Part shown: piece by piece, positions 1 through 13,429 of the stretch
How the letters are laid out: every line of letters starts with the position of its first letter
How positions within the stretch are numbered: position 1 is the stretch's first letter
Source: Mobula hypostoma
Taxonomy: Eukaryota
Length of the DNA: 64,000 bases
Assembly: GCF_963921235.1 (NCBI RefSeq)
Contig: NC_086108.1
Span: 23,498,001-23,562,000, forward strand
Direction: 5' to 3'
Made by a program: the position numbers and the translations under genes
Notes under the pieces: generated by a model
Told to the model about the DNA's origin: nothing
The model's input: the letters and a program-made list of their open reading frames with translations, nothing else
Databases searched by the model: none

Positions 1-1535
1 GCACCCTAGAAGAATGCTTTCTACGGTGCATCTATAAAAATTAGTGAGGATTTTAGGGGACAGGCCAAATTTCTTTAATTTTCTCAGGAGGTAAAGGCAC
101 TGGTGGGCCTTCTTGGCAGTGAACTCTGCTTGGTTGGACGAAGTCAGATCATTTGTGATATTGACCCCAAGGAACTTGAAGCTTTTGACCTGTTCCACTT
201 GTGCACCACCGATGTAAATTGGGTTGTGCGGTCCGCTACTCCTTCTGAAGTCAACAACCAATTCCTTAGTCTTGCTGACATTGAGGGATAGGTTATTGTC
301 TTCGTACCATACCACCAGGTTCTTAACTTCCTCTCTGTACTCAAACTCATCACTACCTGAGATACGGCCTACAATTGTTGTGTTATCAGCAAATTATATA
401 TTGATGGAAACTTCGCTACACAATCATGGGTGCACAGTGAGTACAGCAGGGGGCTGAGTACACAGCCTTGTGGGGCACTGGTGCTCAGAGTGATTATAGA
501 GGAGAGCTTGTCCCCTATTTTTACAGCCTGGGTCCCATCTGTGAGGAAGTTGAAGATCCAGCTGCAGATCTGAGTGTTAAGGCCCAGGTTCCAGAGCTTA
601 GGAATCAGTTTATTTGGAATGATGGTATTAAAGGCAGAGCTGTTGTCAATGAAAAGAATCCTTACATATGTGTCTTTATTCTCCAGGTGTTCTAAGGAGG
701 AATGTAGGGCCAGAGAGATGGCATCTGCCGTTGACCTGTTGCTCCGGTAGGCGAATTGCAAAGCGTCGAGGTTTGTGATTGATGTGTGCTATAACCAATC
801 TCTCAAAGCACTTTATAGCAATTGATGTCAGAGCCACAGGTCGATAGTCGTTCAGGCATGCCACCTTGCTCTTCTTCGGCACTGGGATTATCGTTGCCTT
901 CTTAAAACATGAGAGGATCTTAGACTGAAGCAAGGAGCAGTTGAAGATGTCAGCAAACACTCCAGCTAGTTCGCTTGCACAGGCCCGGAGAACCCGTCCT
1001 GGGACGCCATCTGGGCCTGTCGCCTTCCTTGGATTTATCTTCAGGAAGGCCCTTCTAATGTCCTCCTCTGTGACAATGAATCTCGATGCCACCAGGTCCG
1101 GTTCATCTTCTGTGGGATGCTCCTCTTCTGTTTGAATCTTGCGTAGAATATGTTAAGTTCGTCAGGAAGAGAAGCGCCACAGTTATTGATATTCCCAGCC
1201 TTTTCTTTGTGCCCAGTGATCTCATTTAGACCCTGCCATAGTCTACTGGCATCCCTCTGGTTAGCCTGTTCTTCCAACTTGGCTCGGTAATGCCTCTTGG
1301 TGCCCTTAATGGCTTTCCGGAGTTCACGCCTGGATTCCGTGTAGCGACTCGTATCCCCGGACCTAAAAGCTGCAGCGCTAGCCTTTAAAAGGGACTTGAC
1401 CTCATAATTCATCCAAGGTTTCCGGTTAGGGAATACCCGGATCATCTTGCGAGACACCAGTCCTCCATGCATTTCCAAATAAAGTCTGTGACAGCTGAGG
1501 GATACTCATCGAGGTTAGCTGCCGAGTCCTTGAAT
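1..1535 (-). mobile_element. Rex1/Babar-type LINE, RT region, frameshifted, runs off the window start
   Basis: ORF pieces 1041-1478, 676-1092, 369-761 and 144-353 carry Rex1 motifs [49 protein letters not shown] and [18 protein letters not shown]. Confidence 0.92.
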
Positions 1536-2086
1536 ACATGGGTATTATAATGAGACATAAATGAATGCATTTCTTCTGGCTTGCTCAGAGGAGTAAAGGA
1601 AAAACTTGCATTTATTTGGTATTTTGTACAATTTCAGAGTGCCCCAAAGCAAGTTATAGCCAAGGAGGTGCTTCTGAAGTGGCAGCTAATTATTATGTAG
1701 CAAGATTACACAAATAACAACAGAAAATTGAGCAGATAATATGGCCAGCACTTGGGTATCTTTATTTGGAATGCCTGAAGTTTGACTATTGGTCTGGGCA
1801 CTTGGGATAATTCCTCTATCATTCTTCACGTAGGGTGATGGGATTGCTGAAGTGGAGCCTCAGTTCAGCAGTTTATCTGCAAAGGCTGCATAATTCAATG
1901 ACTCAGGTTTCTTTGAGTAAGTGGCAAGTAGAGGGAGACAGCTTTCACCACTCAAAAAATGATCTGTTCCATCCATTTTCAGTTTTTATTTTTGATACAT
2001 CTGCCTATACAGAAATCAAGCACTGCTAACTTGCATTTCAAACCAGCTGAGTTATTCTTTTGAAAGCTATCAATGAAGTGAAACAA

Positions 2087-2628
2087 ACATAGACACATAG
2101 AAAACCTACAGTACAATACAGGCCCTTCGGCCCACGAAGTTGTGCCGAACATGTCCCTACCTTAGAAATTACTAGGCTTACCCATAGCCCTCTATTTTTC
2201 TAAGCTCTATGTACCTATCCAAAAGTTTCTTAAAAGACCCTATTGTATCCGCCTCCACCACCGTTGCCAGCAGCCCATTCCACGCACTCACCACTCTCTG
2301 AGTAAAAAACTTACCCCTGACATCTCCTCTGTATCTACTCCCCAACACCTTAAACTTGGGTTCTCTTGTGGCAACCATTTCAGCCCTGGGAAAAAGTCTC
2401 TGACTATCCACACAATCAATGCCTCTCATCATCTTATACACCTCAAATCAGGTCACCTCTCAACCTCCGTCTCTCCAGGGAGAAAAGGCCGAGTTCACTC
2501 AATCTGTTTTCATAAGGCATGCTCCCCAATCCAGGCAACATCCTTGTAAATCTCCTCTGCACCCTTTCTATGGCTTCCACATCCTTCCTGTAGTGAGGTG
2601 ACCAGAACTGAGCACAGTACTCCAAGTG
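2087..2628 (-). mobile_element. CR1 LINE 3' fragment with microsatellite tail
   Basis: [44 protein letters not shown] and FFTQRVV.AWN motifs; tail acatagacacatagaaaac at the left end. Confidence 0.92.
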
Positions 2629-2699
2629 ATCAAATAAACTGCAGGAACTTTTAAATGCATGTGAGTGAAGCCTCCGATGGTGGATGAAGCAACAAGATT

Positions 2700-4800
2700 T
2701 TGCTTGTTGTAGGCTACTGATCACAAAATTTCCAGACAATAGTTCTTCTGGTAACCAGTGGGAAATTGAGTAGGGTAACCAGAGGTCTTTCTGAAACCCA
2801 GGAACTCACATGGTTTTTGGACACATCACTGGGCTGGAGTACATGGAACAGTGGCCAATGGTTCTGATGGGAACTGCAGTGTTCAGCCGCTCCTCAGTTT
2901 GAAAAACAAGAGGTGACAGTAGTTGGTGGGATTGGTTTGTGCTCCCAAAGAAGCTATGGCAAGTTGCTTGCAGTGTGCTTTGTAGATAGCATGTGATGGG
3001 AGTGCTATTTAGAGGGACTTCTTAATCCTGGATGATGTTGGAACTTTTGAGTATGGATGAAGTTGCTGTCATTCATGAAGACATATTCCTGACTTGTGTT
3101 TTATTGCAACAAGAAAACCCAGTCAGGAGTCAGGAGTCCTAGGCTCTGTTCTACTGCTGTAGCTGTAGCAGTCATGAGGCTACAGTGATCCCCAGGTGAG
3201 AACCTTTGTGATAGTAATGACACTCAAAAGACCATACCTCAATGTACCCAAAACATCTATGTGGTGTTTTTCTAACAGTGGAGATGACAAGGAAATGGAG
3301 GACCTTGGAATCACTGATTGGTGTTGCTATATATTGTCACATGAGATACAGTCAAACTGCTTTGCCTTTTTTCTAACCTGACAGATTGTGCTGAATATAA
3401 TTACACTGAGGTAGTAAAAGGAAAACGAAATTCCGAATATGGTGCTGTATGTACAGAGAAAGCACAGGTAGACAAGTAAAAGTGCAAGGACCATGCCAAA
3501 GTAGATTGGGAGATTACGAGTTCATTTTTATGACATGATAGGTCTTTTCAACAGTGTGATAACAGTGAGATAGATGCTGTCCTCAAATCTGGTGGTTTGT
3601 ATATTCTGCCCCACAGAAGAGGGGAGAAGATAAAATGACAAGGGTGGGGGATATCCTTGATTACATTAGCTAAATTCCTAGGGCGTATATGTACAGAGGT
3701 AATACTTGCTACCCTTGACCTTCATGGTGGTTGAGGTCGCAGATTTTGGGAGATTCTGCCAGAATATATCATAACCACCTAGCTTTACGCTATTGCTTTG
3801 TGATTCCAGAGCACATTTTCCTTGCAGCCCATTGACTTCAGTTTGACCAGAATTCTTTGATGCCATACTAAGTTAGCTGCTGTCTTGGTATCAGGAACAT
3901 TCACTTCTACCTTCAGTCCAGACTTTCAGCTTCTTAGTCTAGTTTTGGACAAGTCTATGATGAAGTCTGGAGCCTAGTGTGGCTGGCAAAAGCCAAACAA
4001 GTAATGAGGAAGTTGTAACCTATTTGATGGCACCATTGACAACACCTTCCATCACGTTGTGTGCTGGGTCCCCCAGGGAACTGACTGTTTTATAGACAGT
4101 AGTAATCATTAATTTGAATGTATTCACTGTCTTGTAAATACTTAATGTTTGTACTTGCTGTATTCTTTGTGTAGATAAACTTTTTGTAGTTTTATAAAAA
4201 AAAGCACCTTCCATCACTTTACTGTTCATTGGGAAACAATTAGCCAGATTGCATTTGCCCTGCTGGTTTTGAACAGAAAGTACCTGGGCAATTTTCCATA
4301 TCACTGTTGGGAAGGTACCAACATTTTACCCCACTGAAATAGCCTGTTCAAAAATATGTGGCTGGTTCTTAAAGAACAATACTTCAGTGCTAGAGAAGTA
4401 CATAGAGTCATACAACGTGCCATCCTGAGCTAGTTCCATTTGGCTGAAGTTGGCCAATATCCCTCCAAGCTTTCCAATCCATGAACCTGTCCAAATGTAT
4501 TTTAAAGTCAAAGAAGAAATGATATGTGGGTATGTGAAGGAGGTAGAAGGGAACGATGGTAATAGGGATTATAGACCAGGAGCCATCTTTGACCTTTGTG
4601 CTCAATGGTGTCCTTCGCTGCTTGGCCTGTCTGAAGGCAATGCTAAGGTGACAACTAAATTCTGATAGCTCATGAGCACCACCAGCAGATTTTCTTGTGG
4701 TATTGCATTCTTGACTAAAGTTGCATTTAGAGTAACTTGATTCAGTATGCTGGATTTTATTGCTATCCATGGTCCCACAAGCCAAGCCACTCTGAGCTTA
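2700..4800 (-). mobile_element. Old, highly degenerate LINE remnants (probably CR1) with small Rex1 and CR1 3' inserts
   Basis: Recognisable only as decayed phrases (ccttccatcactttactg; tacctgggcaattttcca). A Rex1-like 3' piece lies at about 3390-3670 and a CR1 3' end at about 4400-4510. Confidence 0.4.
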
Positions 4801-4939
4801 GTAGTTAAACAATATCATGAGGTTTGCTGAAAGGTTTACAACACAAAATGAACTTTTTTTTAAGCAATCAAATTAATGGGAGAAATGAAGGAAAAATAGC
4901 CCAAGAGATATTGCATTATATACATTGTAGGCAAGAAAT

Positions 4940-5380
4940 AAATATCTGCAGATGATAGAAATGTGAAATAAAAACAGATGATATTGGAGCTCCTCAGCAG
5001 GTCAGAAGTAGCTGTAGAGCGAAAAGTAGAATTATCACCTGGGTAAAAGGATGAGGAAAATTTAGATGCTGCAGAGAAGGGGGAGGGATAAAGAGAACAG
5101 CGGGAATGTTTGTGACAGGGTAGATCCTAAAGGTGACTGTATTTCATAGGCAGTGGAGGTATCCACTGAGAGTGGGTAGTGAAGGCTTGTTGATCACAGC
5201 TGATCTCTCTTAGGGAGGGGATCATTGAAGGAAGAGAGAGAAACAGAAAATCAGATAGTGTTGAAATGCCCAACAGATCATGCAGCATCTGTGGAGAAAA
5301 GTAAGATAACTTCACAGGGGTGTACTGTAGGATTAAGTTTCCAGTACTCAACAATTCAACTGATGCAAAAGGTCAACGGA
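4940..5380. mobile_element. Degenerate Penelope-associated terminal repeat or non-autonomous element
   Basis: ctgcagatgatagaaatgtgaaataaaaacag...ctcagcaggtcag, with a second partial copy at about 5240-5310. The same motif recurs at about 12.6, 16.6, 26.2, 50.4-50.8 and 58.35 kb. Confidence 0.5.
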
Positions 5381-6371
5381 ATTAAATCTGGAGAAGATGA
5401 TACAAGGAAACAAAAGATAAATGATAGGATACTTACAATTGTAGTAGAGGAAAATAACTCTACACAACCAGAACGTAGAAGGGCATGTAGATTAGAAGGC
5501 AGAGGGTATACTTGCTTTTACTATGTGAAGTACAGAATATTCAGGCTGATCATGCTGGAACTATATAAAGTATCAATTAAGTCACACCTAGATATATTGT
5601 GTGCAGTTTCGAGATACATTTTGCTTTCCAGGGAATACGTGACAGCTATAGTGGATGCAATGAAGTCTTTCAGCCACAAGGAGACATTGGTTAATACAAC
5701 ATGAAAATAGGCCCTTCAACACAGTCTGCACCAACCATCAAACGTTCATTTTATACCATCCTACACCAATCCTTTTCATTTATTCTTTCCACATTCCCAT
5801 TAATCTCCCCCAGATTCAACCATTCATTTGGACAATTTGCAGTGGCTGACTAATCTACCAACTTTATGCCCACCTTGTTGACAAGCTTTCATTATGAAGG
5901 AAGATCGACTACCCTTGCCTGCATTCTTTAGAACAAAGAAAACTTAGGGAGATTTAATTGTGAGGTATAAAATTAAACAAATTTATTCATGATATACAGG
6001 TTAAACCCCATTTCCCCTGGCAAGGACATCAATAACCATGGAACTTAGATTTATATTATCTCTTGAATGAGGTGAGTTGGAAAATGTTCATGAAAAGGAT
6101 TATAAGGATCTATAAGGATCCAGAAAGGCAATAAACCTTACTCTTATGATGTTTTAACAAGTAGCATAAGGGTTCTTGAAGGATAATGAACTGCAGGGCT
6201 ATGGACCAAGAGATGAGGAAGTGGAAATAATCAACTCGCTCCATGTTTAGCTAACACATACATGACGGGCCGACGGGCCAACCGGCCTCCTCCTGCCGTG
6301 TGATTCAAGTGAGAGCAGAGTATATTAGGTACTAATATAAGTCTGTACAATGATCACAGTGAATATTAAGG

Positions 6372-6625
6372 ATTAAGTATTAGCATTATTTAATACATAT
6401 ACATCAATATACACAGTGAAATGTGACATTTGTGTCAACAACTAACATGTCCAAAGATGTTCTGGGTCAGCGTGCAAGTGTTGCCATGTTTCTGGCACCA
6501 ACATAGCATGCCCACAGCCTACTAATGGAATTAATGAATGGAATCTGGGAAAAATCAGAGTACCCAGAGGAAACCCATGCAGTCACAGGGAGAACCTACA
6601 AACTCCTTAAAGGCAGCAGAGGAGA
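6372..6625 (-). mobile_element. V-SINE-like SINE with Rex1-type 3' tail
   Basis: Central domain gagtacccagaggaaacccatgcagtcacagggagaacctacaaactcc. Its tail (6400-6510) is homologous to the tail at 24700-24840. Confidence 0.65.
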
Positions 6626-7344
6626 TGAATATTGCAAGTAAGTTCTACCAAGTAAGGTGCATACTTTAAAATATATCCGGTTTCAATTTGTTGGGGTGAT
6701 GCCAGTGATTGAGGAGGAACACTCCCTTTTCCCTCTGAAACAAGAAATATTTTCTAGACTGAGACGGGTCTTTGGTTTTAAAGGCAGCTACAGAATGTGT
6801 AGCACTGTGAAGCAAGCAAGGGCTGCTGGGAATATGTCTGATGCTCAGTGTGGTGGTTTCTAAAGAAAGAATGATCAAGTTTGGAACAGAAAACATGGCC
6901 ATGGCATAAAAAGGGTTTGGGAACCTCTCTTCTAACCTATTTAGAGCCATTAACGTTGTGACATCCCCTTTCGTCAATATCCTGGAGTTTATCAATTAGT
7001 TTGCTCACCTTGTTAGCCCATCCAAACAAATGGACGAATCACACTCGAACCATCCATCATCTGAAATCACCTGCATGCACATATCTGAGCTGATCAAGCT
7101 GACCATTCCCACTTGGTGTAATGCCAGAAGTCACTTTAGTCTTGCCCCTGACCAAAAGAAAGAAGAGAGCACAGCCAACAAAACTTTCTGTATTGAAGAC
7201 TATCAACTCTCAATTAATAGCAGTGACTGGTACAGCAATGTATCAAAATTTATAAGACATGATGTAGTGTTCTCACTACACTTGTATATCACATTGCTTC
7301 CTTTTTGATAAAAAAACTTTGCAAATAACCAACAATCTAAATAT

Positions 7345-8337
7345 GGAGTCATAGGGTTGTACAGCAGAGAAACAAGCCCTTCAGCAATTTATCAGAACTA
7401 TCAATATTAATTCTACTTGTCTGCAATAATTCTATATCCCTTTACACCTTGCTCAGATATATCTTAAATATTCCTTCTGTTCCTGCGTCCTCCACCAACT
7501 CTGGATGCTCATTGCAGATACCAACCAACCACTCTGAGTGCGAAAAATTTGCTCATATCTCCTTTAAACCCACTCACCCCCTCACCTTAAACCTAAGCAC
7601 TCTCATTTTGGACATCCTTAGCATGGGAACAGACTCTGGCTATTTGCCCTGTCTGTGCCTCTTGCAACTTTATATAACTCTATCATGTCACCTCTCAACC
7701 AGAAAAGGCTCTCTTTACTCCCACTCTTTGTCTTCTGCAAATCAGCCAATGCTTTACCCATGCTAGTATCTTTCCTGTAATACCATGGCTCATTGTGTCA
7801 CCTTGTCAAAGGACTTCTGAAAATCCAAGTACACAACATCCACCAATTCTCCTTTGTCTATCCTGCTTGTTATATTTTCCAAGAATTCCAACAGATTCGT
7901 TGAGGAAACCGTGCTGACTATGGCTGATTTTATCAAGTGCCTCCAGCACCCCGAAACCACATCCTTCACAATCTACTTCTTCCCAACCATTGAGGTCAGA
8001 CTAACTAGTCCACATTTTTCTTTCTTCTGCCTCTCTTCCTTCTTGAAGAATACAGTGACATTTACTATTTTCCATTCCTCCAGAACCCTGTCAGAATTGA
8101 TTGATTCTTGAAAGATCATAACTAATGCCTCCACAATCTCTTCAGTCACCTCTTTCAGAACCTTGGGGTATATACCATTTGGTCCAGGTGACTTGTCCAC
8201 CTTCAGCTCTTTCAGTTTCTCAAGAAATCTTTTCCCTGATAATGACAACTTCACAAACTTCTGCACCTGACAGTTTCGAACTTCTGGCATACTGCTAGTG
8301 TCTTCCGCAGTGAAGACTGCTGCAACATACTTATTCA
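7345..8337 (-). mobile_element. Older CR1 LINE, 3' part (internally deleted), host of the insertion at 8338-11062
   Basis: ORF 7973-8347 reads LKVDKSPGPNGIYPKVLKEV..IFQESI..WKIVNVT.FFKK; decayed 3' end at about 7350-7700. Confidence 0.8.
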
Positions 8338-11062
8338 TAGAAACCATAGAAAACTACAGCACAGAAACAGGCCTTTTGGCCCTTCTTGGCTGTGCGGAAC
8401 CATTTTCTGCCTAGTCCCACTGACCTGCGCATGGACCATATCCCTCCATACACCTCCCATCCATGTATCTGTCCAATTTATTCTTAAATGTTAAAAAAGA
8501 ACCCGCATTTACCACCTCATCTGGCAGCTCATTCCATACTCCCACCACTCTCTGTGTGAAGAAGACCCCCTAATGTTCCCTTTAAACTTTTCCCCCCTCA
8601 CCCTTAACCCATGTCCTCTGGTTTCTTTCTCCCCTTGCCTCAGTGGAAAAAGCCTGCTTGCATTCACTCTATCTATACCCATGATATTTTTAAATACTTC
8701 TATCAAATCTCCTCTCATTCTTCTCCGCTCCAGGGAAAAAAGTCCTAACCTATTCAACCTTTCTCTGTAACTGAGTTTCTCAAGTCCTGGCAACATCCCT
8801 GTAAACCTTCTCTGCACTCTTTCAACCTTATTTATATCCTTCCTGTAATTTGGTGACCAAAACTGAACACAATACTCCAGATTCGGCCTCACCAATGCCT
8901 TATACAACCTCATCATAATATTCCAGCTCTTACACTCAATACTTTGATCAATAAATGCCAATGTATCAAAAGCTCTCTTTACGACCCTATCGACCTGTGA
9001 CGCCACTTTTAGGGAATTTTGTACCTGTATTCCCAGATCCCTCTGTTCTACTGCACTCCTCAGTGCCTTACCATTAACCCTGTGTGTTCTACCTTGGTTT
9101 GTCCTTCCAACGTGCAATACCTCACACTTGTCTGTATTAAACTCCATCTGCCATTTTTCAGTCCATTTTTCCAGCTGGTCCAAGTCCCTCTGCAGGCTCT
9201 GAAAACCTTCCTCACTGTCTACTACACCTCCAGTCTTTGTATCATCAGCAAACTTGCTGATCCAATTTACCACATTAGCATCCAGATCATTGATATAGAT
9301 GACAAATAACAATGGACCCAGCACTGATCCCTGTGGCACACCACTAGTCACAGGCCTCCACTCAGAGAAGCAATTCTCTACCACCACTCTTTGGCTTCTT
9401 CCATTGAGCCAATGTCTAATCCAATTTACCACCTCTCCATGTATACCCAGCGACTGAATTTTCCTAACTAACCTCCCATGCGGGTCCTTGTCAAAGGCCT
9501 TAGTGAAGTCCATGTAGACAATATTCACTGCCTTCCCTTCATCCACTTTCCTGGTAACCTCCTTGAAAAACTCCAATAGATTGGTCAAACATGACCTACC
9601 ACGCACAAAGCCATGTTGACTCTCCCTAATATGTCCATCTATCCAAATGCTTGTAGATTCTGTCTTTTAGTACTCCATCCAATAACTTACCTACTACCGA
9701 CGTTAAACTTACCGACCTATAATTTCCCGGATTACTTTCCATCCTTTTTTAAACAATGGAACAACATGAGCCACTCTCCAATCCTCCGGCACCTCACCCG
9801 TAGACAGTGACATTTTAAATATTTCTGCCAGGGCCCCCGCAATTTCAACACCAGTCTCCTTCAAGGTGCGAGGGAACACCCTGTCAGGTCCCGGTGATTT
9901 ATCCACTTTAATTTTCCTCAAGACAGCAAGCACCTCCTCCCTTTCAATCTGTACAGTTTCCATGATCTCACTACTTGATTCCCTTAATTTCATAGACTTT
10001 ATGCCAGTTTCCTTAGTAAATACAGACACAAAAAACCTATTTAAGATCTCCCCCATTTCCTTTGGCTCCGCACATAGCCGACCACTCTGATCTTCAAGAG
10101 GACCAATTTTATCCCTTACAATCCTTTTGCTCTTAATATACCTGTAAAAGCTCTTTGGATTATCCTTCACTTTGACTGCCAAGGCAACCTCATGTCTTCT
10201 TTTAGCTCTCCTGATTACTTTCTTAAGTATTTTCTTGCACTTCTTATACTCCTCAAGCACCTGATTTACTCCCTGTTTCCTATACATTTCATACAACTCC
10301 CTCTTCTTCTTTATCAGAGTTGCAATATCCCTTGAGAACCAAGGTTCCTTTTTCCTATTCACTTTGCCTTTAATCCTGACAGGAACATACAAACTCTGCA
10401 CTCTCAAAATTTCTCCTTTGAAGGCTTCCCACCTACTGATCACATCTTTACCAGAGAACAACCTGTCCCAATCCACGCTTTTTAGATCCTTTCTCATTTC
10501 TTCAAATTTGGCCTTCTTCCAGTTCAGAACCTCAACCCTAGGACCAGATCTATCCTTGTCCATGATCAAATTGAAACTAATGGTGTTATGATCACTGGAA
10601 CCAAAGCGCTCCCCTATACAGACTTCTGTCACTTGTCCTAACTCGTTTCCTAACAGGAGATCCAATATTGCATCCTCTCTAGTTGGTCCCTCTATATATT
10701 GATTTAGAAAACTTTCCTGAACACATTTTACAAACGCTGAACCATCTAGACCCCTAACAGTATGGGAGTCCCAATGAATATATGGAAAATTAAAATCCCC
10801 TACCACCACAACTTTATGTTTCCTGCAGTTGCCTGCTATCTCTCTGCAGATTTGTTCTTCCAAGTCTCGTTGACTATTTGGTGGTCTGTAATACAATCCC
10901 GCTAATGTGACCATATCGTTCCTGTTTCTCAGCTCCACCCATAAGGACTCAGTAGACAAGCCCTCTAATCTGTCCTGCCTGAGCACTGCTGTAATATTTT
11001 CCCTAACAAGCAATGCTACTCCCCCACCTTTCATTCCTCTGCCTCGATCACATCTGATCAAC
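8338..11062 (-). mobile_element. Young 5'-truncated CR1 LINE (part of APE endonuclease plus RT), with several frameshifts
   Basis: ORF 9709-11064 has YYRPP, VGDFN, LDLLL and SDHN. ORF 8509-9606 has KAFDK, PQGSVLGPLLF and FADDTK. Tail catagaaaccatagaaaac; ATTCA is repeated at 8333-8337 and 11063-11067. Confidence 0.95.
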
Positions 11063-12470
11063 ATTCAGTTTGTCCGCCATTTCTTGTCCCCCATTACTAC
11101 GTCTCCAGTATCGTTTTCCAGTGGTCCGATATCCACTCTCGCCTCTTTTTTACACTTTGCGTATCTGAAGAAACTTTTAGTATACTCTGTAATATTATTG
11201 ACTAGCTTACCTTCGTATTCCATTTTTCCTTCTTAATGACTTTTTTTTAGTTGCCTCTCAATCCTCTGACTTCCACTAATTTTTGGTCTAAATTTTCCTC
11301 TTTCGGATGTATATATCCGGCACCTTCTGAAATACTTCCAGAAGTTCCAGCTATCCCTGCTCTGCCATCATCCCTGCCAGTGTTTTTTCCAATCAATTCT
11401 GGCCAACTCCTCTCTCATGCCTCTGTAATTGCTGATACATCTGACTTCAGCTTCTCCTCAAATTTCAGGGTGAATCTGATCATATTATGATCTCTTTCCC
11501 CTGAAGGTTATTTTACCTTAAGCTCTCTAATCAATACTTGTTCATTGCACAACACCCAGTCCAGAATAGCTGATCCCATAGTGGGCTCAGCTACAAGCTG
11601 CTCTAAAAAGCCATCTTGTAGGCATCCTAAATATTCCCCCTCTTGGGATCCAGCACCAATCTGATTTTTCCAATCTACCTACATATTGAAACACCCCATG
11701 ATTACTGTAACATTGCCCTTGGCATACAATTTCTATCTCCTGTTGTAATTTGCAGACCACATGCTTACTACTGTTTGAGGGTCTGTATATAACTTCCATC
11801 AGGGTCTTTTTACCTTTACAGTTCCTTAGCTTTATCAATAATGATTCACCATCTTCCAACACTATGTCACCTCTTTCTAATAATTGCTTTCATCTTTTTA
11901 CCAGCAGAGCCACACCACCCCCTCTACCTATCTGCCTGTCCTTTTGATACAATATGTATCCTTGAACGTTAAGCTCCCAGCTATAATCTTCTTTCAGTCA
12001 CGAGTCAGCGATGCCCACAACGTCATATGTGCCAATCTGTAACTGTGCTGCAAGTTCATCTACCTTATTTCATGTACTGTGTTCATTCAAATATACCACC
12101 TACAGTCCTGTATTCATTACTCTTTTCAATTTTGTCCGTATTTTACATTGCAACTCATCCTGCTGACTGCAATTTTGCCCAATCATCTTTGCCCAATCTC
12201 TTTGTATCACTACACACTGCTTCTGTTTGTAAACCAACATCCCCATCCTCAGCATTATTACTCCGGTTCCCATCCCCCTGCCAAATTAATTTAAACCCTC
12301 TTGAACAGCTCTAGCAAACCTGCCCACAAGGATATTGGACCCCTTGGGTTCAGGTGTAACCTGTCCCTTTTGTACAGGTCATACCTTCCGCTGAAGAGAT
12401 CCCAATAATCCATAAATCTGAACTCCTCTCCCCAGCGCCAGATCCTCAGCCACGCATTCACCTGTATCCC
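11063..12470 (-). mobile_element. Older CR1 LINE, 5' part (degenerate endonuclease region and ORF1 end)
   Basis: Resumes the sequence interrupted at 8337 (tacttattc|agtttgtccgccatttc); ORF 11587-11862 contains IKLRNCKGKKTLMEVIYRP. Confidence 0.8.
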
Positions 12471-13199
12471 ATTTGGGTTTATATGTCTCTCTTTGTCCTA
12501 GTATGATAGACATCAGAATCATGTTTTCTCTATTGAATTGGCCCTGTAGTCTGCAACTCCGGTTAGCCAGTGTTTATGAATGTCTTACCCCAGTGGCCAA
12601 TGGTACAGCTAGAAAATGTTTTCAGTATTCAGCAGGTCAGGCGGCCTCTGTGGAAATGAACTGAATTGATTTGACTTTATTTCTTACATCCTTCACATAC
12701 ATGAGGAGTAAAAATAGAAAGAGTTGGTGTTTGAATTACAGGACCCAGGGTCCAATCTATACTCATGAGCACTGTTTCAGTCTCATAGCCCTAACAGCAG
12801 GTCACTGGATTTGTTTGTTTCTACTAGAAACACAAAATTTACTTTCCCTGTAACACTTCACTTGTAAATGTCTCCCTTCTGTATGCATGTCCAACATTAT
12901 TTTTCTCTGCCTAAACTGAAAGAGGTTGATGTATTTCCAACACATGTCTTGACTTACAATGGACTGACTTGTAACTGCAAGTCACTGGTAGGTAATCGAT
13001 ACCTACCAGTTACCTCCTCAATCAATTGATGGCCTTAATGTATTGTGCTTCTTTCCTGTTTCCACCTGTTCGTAATCTCCTTACATCAAGTGGTTACATA
13101 CCCCCAATCTCTTGCAATCAAAGCACACTGGCACACATTTCTTTACCACCTTCAGGGTCTTACTCCAGTGCGCATTAGTCCCTACCCTGTAATGTTTAT

Positions 13200-13403
13200 C
13201 AGTGGTCCCCAACCACTGGGCTGAGAGCATGTGCTACTGGGCCGCAAGGAAACGATATGATTTGGCAATATGAACCGATATGAGTCAGCTGAATGAGTCC
13301 TCATTCCCTGTCACACCCACTGTTGAACTTGAATGCACGCGAGGTCCGCAAGAATATTGTCAATATTAAGCCGGTCCGCGGTGCGCAAGATGTTGGGACC
13401 CTG
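13200..13403. mobile_element. hAT (Charlie-like) MITE
   Basis: Imperfect TIRs CAGTGGTCCCCAAC and GTTGGGACCCTG; 8-bp TSD ATGTTTAT (13192-13199) and ATGTATAT (13404-13411), 7/8 identical; no ORF. Confidence 0.85.
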
Positions 13404-13429
13404 ATGTATATGACACCAGTCCATCATGA

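Noticed and set aside
5225..5704. 159-aa + strand ORF
   Set aside because: It runs across decayed repeat pieces (terminal repeat, then a CR1 remnant ..LELYKVSIKSHL..) and has no host-protein features.
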